Shown here: piece after piece, positions 57,493 to 64,000 of the stretch | Layout: each line of letters begins with the position of its first letter | Numbering within the stretch: the stretch's first letter is position 1 | Origin: Flectonema sp. DT1601 | Lineage: Eukaryota | Assembly (NCBI GenBank): GCA_964019425.1 | Contig: OZ025785.1 | Location: forward strand, 1,426,001-1,490,000 | Direction: 5' to 3' | Length of the DNA: 64,000 nt | Translations under genes and position numbers: made by a program | The notes under the pieces: generated by a model | Told to the model about the DNA's origin: nothing | Seen by the model: the letters and a program-made list of their open reading frames with translations, nothing else | Databases searched by the model: none

Positions 57493-57757
57493 ACACAACC
57501 ACACAATACTCTCTAAGTAGAAACTAATTTAATGTGAAGCTTTTTAAACCTGTATCTGTATTTGTACCATAATTACTACACTGTTTGTATCCTGATCCTT
57601 TTTTTTGTGATTTTCTTATTTAAACCACAGAGTCACATAATATGGTAAGCAGCGGATATGTAGGAACAGTTCCCTACAAAAACCTCTTTTACAAAAATAG
57701 ATCAAAAAACTTTTAATTATTTGTTTCTTCAGGGAAGGGTTAGTTGGATATAATAAA

Positions 57758-59208
57758 ATGAGCGACAACAACGGATGCTCTCTAAAGAGGACGAATACAG
57801 GACTAGCAACCCCATCGGACAAGTTACGCGATGCTGCAAAGAATTATGGACCGTTAGTGTTGTTTGAATTTGAGGTTTGGATCTTTTTTTTTAAAAAAAT
57901 TGTATATAGATTCTGTCTGTTTTTCAATTTCAAAAAAAAGAAAGAAGAAAGAAAACCAAACAACACACACACACACACAGGGAGTAAGCGCTTACGAAAT
58001 AATAAAAGGTACTCGAAAGCTTGTCGCGGATAGTAAACCGTGTGACGGTTTAAAGGTACGTTGTTGTTTTTTATAGTTTATGTTTATCAAATTAACATTA
58101 TCACAAACAGTACGCTGAAGCAGATTTATCAGCAGGTCTGATTGCTGACCTCCGACCGCAACCAACTGTAGAAACAGTTGATTCTTGTTACGTTATGATA
58201 TGCGGAAGTGCTGTAGTCAGACTAATAGATGAAAAAACAGTAATTATAAGAAATGGTAAAAAGTACACTGCTGTTCTTGATGGTGAGTTTATAGAATTTT
58301 GTTTTGATAACATACCTGACGATGTACTTGCGGAAAAACTTGATCCGATACTCAGGCAAAACTCCGCTCTTAGGTTTAAAGGTCAGGCAGTACCAGAGAA
58401 TACGATTCCAATTCGAATTTCACCGGAAGGATATTTATTGCAGGAAGGAATTGGCGAGAAATTGGGAAAAGAAATAAGATCATCAGCACATTACTTAGCA
58501 AAGCGAGTCTCAGAACACCGAGCTGAAGCCATGGAAAAACTGCTGACAATCGCACAACTCGCAAAAAAAATCCTCCCAGAGTGCCAACAAGGAATGGAAC
58601 TTCGAGTAACTGATGAGCAGCTTCAGAAGATTAAGACTGCAATTGTTACTGCTGAACGGGCTTCAGGTCAGATTTCTTCAATTACCAAGAATGGGTATCG
58701 GAACCAAGCTCGTGAATTTGGAATAAAAATGGGTACAGAAGTACACGAGTCTAAAACAGGACAATATTTAACAAGACATCGTGGATTACGTGAAATCAGA
58801 CGAATCGGATTAGCTCTGTCTTTAGGAACTGATGAGCTGTTTAAATCAGCTGAAGAGATTCCACTTGAAATTGTCAAAACTGTCGGCCGAGTCATCATCG
58901 AAGTCATTAGTCACGTCTACGGAGAAAGAGTAGCGATGTGTGGAACTGGAGGTTATGCTGTTCTTATAGGATTTCTTAATGTTAAATGGGCTTATGCTTG
59001 GGTTGAACCTTCGTCACTAATCCTTCACTCAATTAAAACATCTATAACAACATTTTGTGAGAATCCAAATCCAAAAGCTCTCGACCACATGACTGCAAAA
59101 AGAGCAGCGGCAGAAGCAGAAGCCACGTTGAGAAATGACATCCTACGATCTCTTGGAAAAGATGTTAGTGAGTCTTCACAAACAGATAATGCACCAGATG
59201 CTGAGTAG
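57758..59208 (+). CDS. Spartin/senescence-domain-like protein, three exons (57758-57874, 57981-58055, 58111-59208), ~429 aa
   Basis: Two phase-0 GT-AG introns (GTTTGG...ACACAG; GTACGT...AAACAG) join three stop-free frames into the 58195 ORF. The helical C-terminal half has 'EVISHVYGERVA', like the V.HKYG motif of senescence domains. Confidence 0.7.
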
Positions 59209-59540
59209 TTCTATTTTATATTTAGTTGTTGACATGTTTGGGAGCCAAACTAACTGCTGCTTCCACAGCTTCTTCTTATTGACGATGGAGGATTACTAAG
59301 TCGTCTATTTGAAACACATTCGCAGGTTTGCAATAAATTTAACCAACTCACTTGCCGTGATTCATCTGTTTCGTTTATTATCTTATTACTGTTTCGTTGT
59401 TTAGAATTGTTTTGTGATGTTCTACTTCTGGTATCTTTTTATACAATATTTTAATTTCAGCAGGTAATGCATACAGTGTTGACTTAACAGAGATTGAAAC
59501 GACAGTAATGTAATCTACTTTTCACAGGTCCGAAGGCAAT

Positions 59541-59720
59541 ATGCTTCGCTCCGGAATAAGAGGAATGAGAAGGGGAATGGTCAGTTCATTTCAAACTGCT
59601 CCGTACAGCATCGCAAAAGTTCGCTCCCCAGTTAACGTTCAGCAAATTGATGGTCTATCAGTTGCACTGAGAGGAAGCTCAATAAGGATTGTTGAGGAGC
59701 TTGAGGGAGAGACCGTATGA
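59541..59720 (+). CDS. 59-aa microprotein with a mitochondrial-presequence-like N-terminus; below the ORF-track cutoff
   Basis: MLRSGIRGMRRGMVSSFQTAPYSIAKVRSPVNVQQIDGLSVALRGSSIRIVEELEGETV*, starting 13 nt after the acceptor tttttcacag (59527), in a GC-richer island. Confidence 0.55.
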   Translation: MLRSGIRGMRRGMVSSFQTAPYSIAKVRSPVNVQQIDGLSVALRGSSIRIVEELEGETV

Positions 59721-60262
59721 ATTTAAACATAATAAAGTATAATAAGGATACTTTTATAACCAAAAAACCACAACAAAACAGACGCTTATTAACTTGTTAA
59801 ACATTTCATTTGATCACTGGCAGCTTTCTCAATGAACCAGTGTTAACAGCGATGACTTTCAAATAAAAGAAGAAAAAAGATACGGAAAAACGAAACATAG
59901 TCGAACAGGTAAATGACGTATTAAACAGAAAGTGTATTCCCAAGCGAGTCTGCTGGTTCGCGGGTCTGTTTTATGTCATCAGGCTCTCTGACTTGGACGT
60001 CATTACTAAAAGGTCGTGACGTGCCTGCTTTTTTATAATTATTACATTTTTTTTTACATAAATCAATGAACGAATTACTACGACAAAAAAAGGAAAAGAA
60101 AAAAAAAAAGAAACAACAACTTAGAAACAGGAAATGTACCCATCGAGGCGGCTTTACGACGACCTCAAAGGATGTCCTTCAATGATCCTTGTTTTGATAC
60201 AAAGTTGTGTTGTAATTAACTTCCTCTCAAAGCTATACACAAACCCCTACAAGGAAATAAAA

Positions 60263-62626
60263 ATGAGATCCTCACTTTGGTGTCTGCTGTTAACGCTTCC
60301 GACGTTGGTGTCCAGTCAGCAGATTTGGAATTCGATCAACTGCCCGGTGACAGGAAACAGCTGTTCGTACACTAACGACAAGGCAGTGGATGAGGCGGTG
60401 ACACTTTTCTTCCAAGCGGAGCAGCAATCTGGAGTGGCATCGATCTCGTGCACAGTCGGTAATGCCGTTCCCTGCTACAGATCGTACCCGAACTCAGACA
60501 CGGGGAGTGCAGGAGGATGCTTTTTCGTTATACCGGCTGGAGCTGAGATGAGCTGCGATGTGCAGGGAACCGTCAAAGTTATCGGAAGCCACGTGTCACC
60601 ACTGAAGGGAGCGTTGCTGGACACCAACACGAAGACCATTTCGTGTGATAATGGAGACTGCAGCTACAAGAACTCGGGAGGTGCGGATCTCTGGGTGACC
60701 CAACGCTTGGCTGCCCGCGGTTATGGAATCAACGAATTCAGCTGCAAGTACGGAAGCATGGAAGTCTGCGCCTACGCCGTCAACGGTACTCAGGGAGGGT
60801 TCTCCTGCAACTTCATCCTTCCGGCGGGAGCGGACCTGAAGTGTGAGATCAAGAGCGGTTCATTTGACGGTACTTCTGCTGCGTTTCCATTCAAAAAGAA
60901 TGTCTTGCAATTGGACTCGCAGACTGTTCCGATGAACTGCCCGAACGTCAGCTACCCGAAACCGAACATGTGCGACTGCGCGTACACGAACGACCGGGAA
61001 AATGATTTGGTGGTGTCGGTAGTGTCGTCGAGCACCAACGAGGACTACAACGCGTTCCACTGCTACTACGGAGGAGCGAATGTCTGCTCGTGGGGATCAA
61101 ACCGCAACGACAAGGGAAACCGTGGAGGGTGCTACTTCGTGTTGGCTGCTGGGCAGGACTTCAGCTGCGCAATGCAGTGGGGAGCAGCTTCGTTCTCGGT
61201 GACGGTGGCGAAGCAGTTGGAAGGGTCTCTCTGGGGAGCTTCGTTGGAGACAGCAAGGAAGGCGAACCCAACGAGGCTGCCTCCCCGTGCTGCTCCTCTG
61301 GAGGAACCAGTTGACCAGTCGAAGAGTCTCAACCAGCACCGGGAACTCTTTGCGAAGTGGAAGGCGCACCACTCGAAGACCTACTCATCGAAGGCTGAGG
61401 AAGAGAAGCGGTTCAACAACTTTCGCAAGCACTTGAGTCTGTTTAATTCGAAGGAGGGACTTCCAAACAACCTCGCGGATTGGTCGAAGGCCGAGTTCGA
61501 GACGCACCTGAGAGACTGCGCGTTCCCAACTGGAGACCTGCCGCCACCACCTGCTGAGCGAATGATCACTGAGGAGGACATTCGCAGCATGCCGGAGTCA
61601 GTCGACTGGAGAACAAAGGGAGTAGTGACCCCAGTGAAGGATCAGGGACAGTGCGGTTCTTGCTGGTCGTTCTCCACCACGGGAGTGACTGAGTGCGCGT
61701 GGGCAATCGCCGGAAACAAACTGCAGAGCCTGTCAGAGCAAAAGCTAGTGAGCTGCGACACAAAGTGCGATGGCTGCAATGGAGGATGGCCGTACCAGGC
61801 GATCCAGTGGACTGCTGAAAACGGAGCGGACACCGAGGCGTCGTACCCATACGTATCTGGCAACGGTAACGTGCCTGGGTGCCACGCAGGGAGTCCAGCG
61901 GATGTGAAGGTGACTGGATACTACAGCGTGAACAGAACAGAGGAGGCGATGGCCGCAACTGTCGCAAAGTACGGACCCATCTCAATTGCTCTCGACGCGA
62001 TGACTCAGATCTGGTGGCCATACACGGGAGGTATCGTCAGCAACTGTTGCAACAAGCAAGCCGACCACGCTGTTCTTATTGTCGGGTACGGTATCGACAA
62101 GGGTCAGAAGTACTGGTTGATTAAGAACTCGTGGAACGCAAACTGGGGAGAGAATGGATACATCAGACTGGAGAGAGGAAGTGACCAGTGTGGTATTACC
62201 TCTGCTCCAGTCCAAGCGCTTGTCCAGGGAGGTGTCACTCCACCACCAAGACCGCCACCTTCGACCGCATGCCCTCCGGAGACCACCACGACCGTTGTCG
62301 GAAACACTCACACATGCACCTGGACCAACAACACTAAGGGAGTGAAACTTCCACCTGGTACATCACAGCTCCATGAGTACTGTGACTACTTCTCAAAGGG
62401 AGGATACTTTGGGTACTCGTGGAGTGTTGCAAGTGCCAGTCACTTCGACTATCCTTGTCCTCCACACTCCCGCTTCGGGACCGCCACCGGTAACGTCGGA
62501 TTCTGCACCTTTCAAAACGGATCTGACCCAACTACTGGCGTCTATGTGCCGACTGGTGGAACTGTCGACTGCAGCAAGTTGGCTCAGGGAACTTTTTCCT
62601 ACAGCTTCACTGCCGATAAGTTTTAG
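60263..62626 (+). CDS. Papain-family (C1A) cathepsin L-like cysteine protease with extra N- and C-terminal Cys-rich repeats
   Basis: Signal peptide MRSSLWCLLLTLPTLVSS; I29 prodomain (FAKWK..HSK.Y...EE.KRF.NF, NLADWS..EF); mature domain PESVDWR, QGQCGSCWSF, DHAVLIVGYG and YWLIKNSW. Confidence 0.93.
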   Translation: MRSSLWCLLLTLPTLVSSQQIWNSINCPVTGNSCSYTNDKAVDEAVTLFFQAEQQSGVASISCTVGNAVPCYRSYPNSDTGSAGGCFFVIPAGAEMSCDVQGTVKVIGSHVSPLKGALLDTNTKTISCDNGDCSYKNSGGADLWVTQRLAARGYGINEFSCKYGSMEVCAYAVNGTQGGFSCNFILPAGADLKCEIKSGSFDGTSAAFPFKKNVLQLDSQTVPMNCPNVSYPKPNMCDCAYTNDRENDLVVSVVSSSTNEDYNAFHCYYGGANVCSWGSNRNDKGNRGGCYFVLAAGQDFSCAMQWGAASFSVTVAKQLEGSLWGASLETARKANPTRLPPRAAPLEEPVDQSKSLNQHRELFAKWKAHHSKTYSSKAEEEKRFNNFRKHLSLFNSKEGLPNNLADWSKAEFETHLRDCAFPTGDLPPPPAERMITEEDIRSMPESVDWRTKGVVTPVKDQGQCGSCWSFSTTGVTECAWAIAGNKLQSLSEQKLVSCDTKCDGCNGGWPYQAIQWTAENGADTEASYPYVSGNGNVPGCHAGSPADVKVTGYYSVNRTEEAMAATVAKYGPISIALDAMTQIWWPYTGGIVSNCCNKQADHAVLIVGYGIDKGQKYWLIKNSWNANWGENGYIRLERGSDQCGITSAPVQALVQGGVTPPPRPPPSTACPPETTTTVVGNTHTCTWTNNTKGVKLPPGTSQLHEYCDYFSKGGYFGYSWSVASASHFDYPCPPHSRFGTATGNVGFCTFQNGSDPTTGVYVPTGGTVDCSKLAQGTFSYSFTADKF

Positions 62627-63771
62627 TGCCTTTTATTTCAGGTGATTAATTCGCAGCGTCGAGTTTGACTCTTTACTCAGCAAAGTGGGTTAAGTAGTAA
62701 ATATGTTTTCATGTAAGTAATTTATAGTTTTCAGTGAGGAGGTGGGGAGCCCGCCTTCTCACTGTTTGCTCTAATTTGTTTCTGTTTTGACGTTTTCCCT
62801 TTATTTATGTTTTTTTCTCTCTCTCTATTCTTTCTATTAGCAAGACAACTTTCCTGCGAAGAAAAGGGACCCGTTAGCAATGAGAAATCTTTCATACTTC
62901 AACAAAAGTAATGATTTCATTGTTGTGATCGTTATTCCGGCTTCGTTGCCAGATGTTCACGTGTGTATTTATTGTTCGTTGTTAGAACTTATGTGTTGCA
63001 GTTGGCAGCGTGCTGAGCATGTCAGCTAGTTTTGTGATGCGGGTGTTGTTTGTGTCTTCCTCTGCGGCGACAAACTCAGTCACTCCATCTCGAAAGAGAT
63101 AAGTGATTTATACATACGCCACAGGGTGGGACAATCGATGTGTTTGTTTGTTTGTTTGCTTCCTCATTATGAGCTGAACCACATATATGGCAAAGTATGA
63201 TTGCCTTATTCCCTTTTACACTCACAGTGTCTAAGTGATTCCTTGAGCTGGGATATATTCTTTATCCGATATACTCATCTGATTGGGGGCATCGTCTCCC
63301 AGCTGATGTGTATTTGCTCTGTTTGTTTCTGACTCTTTGAAGTCAACTCTCTCTCTCTTTCCATTCTGCGATGAAAGCTGCAGCGGATTCTTGATAGCAA
63401 TTCTTGATACAATATTTGTTGTACAGTTTTGGGGACTTCAATGGTTACCAAGTTGCTGTAGTTGCAACAGCATTATTATCGTTATATCTATCCGCATAAG
63501 TTTCTGTAGTCGCTCTCGTTGCCCTTGTCTTTCCCTGCCCTACTACACGAACTACTCTGATTCGGTTTTTTTCGAATCGCGTCTTGTTGGAGTTTACAAA
63601 TGAATACCTACCTGATGGTAACTTTTAACTTCCTTTTACAGGTGACTAGGATTTGTTATTCACTATTGTCGAGATGTGTTGAGTTGATATATTTGTGTTA
63701 TAACAATAAACCTTTTTCGTTATCTTGCTAAGTAAAAGAATATAATTTTATTTCTTCACAGATGGCTACAT

Positions 63772-64000
63772 ATGGATGGGTACCACCCACTGCGTGATGC
63801 TAGGCGAAATAGCGCAGTGTTCCAGCAATCGTCACATGTGGAACCCCAAACAATGAAGGTGGTGTATCCACTTGAGAAGAGGACTGGGTTAGAGAATTCT
63901 GTTGAGATGTTGAAACAGAGAAATCAACAGATAAACAAAACTATCGGATCTCCGTTTCCTCTGCCACCAGACTTTGCTGACAGTGAAACGCCATCTGATC
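63772..64000 (+). CDS. 5' part (or internal exon) of a hypothetical gene running off the right edge
   Basis: After the acceptor tttcttcacag (63761), the frame MDGYHPLRDARRNSAVFQQ...ETPSD stays open to the window end. Confidence 0.55.
   Translation, partial: MDGYHPLRDARRNSAVFQQSSHVEPQTMKVVYPLEKRTGLENSVEMLKQRNQQINKTIGSPFPLPPDFADSETPSD

Noticed and set aside
1..64000. Spliced-leader RNA gene, rRNA, transposase or reverse-transcriptase ORFs
   Set aside because: I found no SL-exon-like sequence, rRNA motif or mobile-element protein motif by eye; short or degenerate copies cannot be excluded without a search.

Overview
Eukaryotic, AT-rich genomic DNA, most consistent with a euglenozoan of the diplonemid type. 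This is an inference from three things: all ~29 credible genes lie on the + strand as in a polycistronic array, PGI ends in the PTS1-type tripeptide SHL, and short GT-AG cis-introns occur next to mostly intron-less ORFs preceded by pyrimidine-rich AG acceptors. Recognisable genes: a LIM-domain kinase-like protein lacking DFG, GPC1-type acyltransferase, two tandem GH5 endoglycoceramidase-like genes, a peroxisomal AidB-like acyl-CoA dehydrogenase, a bL33-like zinc ribbon, Elongin B-like, glucose-6-phosphate isomerase, an F-box protein, a large BPI-like/PqiA membrane protein, JMJD4, GAS8/DRC4, TMEM41, an ubiquitin-like/ankyrin protein, a C45 Ntn-hydrolase, a spartin/senescence-domain protein and a papain-family protease with extra Cys-rich repeats. 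Several genes are spliced or short and are missed or mis-bounded by the ORF track. Best leads: (1) a signal-peptide protein fusing three BPI/TULIP-like repeats to two PqiA/LetA-type membrane repeats, a possible one-chain eukaryotic lipid transporter; (2) a cathepsin-L-like enzyme with unrecognised N- and C-terminal Cys-rich repeats; (3) a 2.7 kb tandem duplication whose amino-acid changes cluster at GH5 active-site loops and whose junction forms a chimeric ORF; (4) a dispersed ~120 bp repeat; (5) unusual splice-site architecture. All family calls come from motif recognition by eye; no searches were run.
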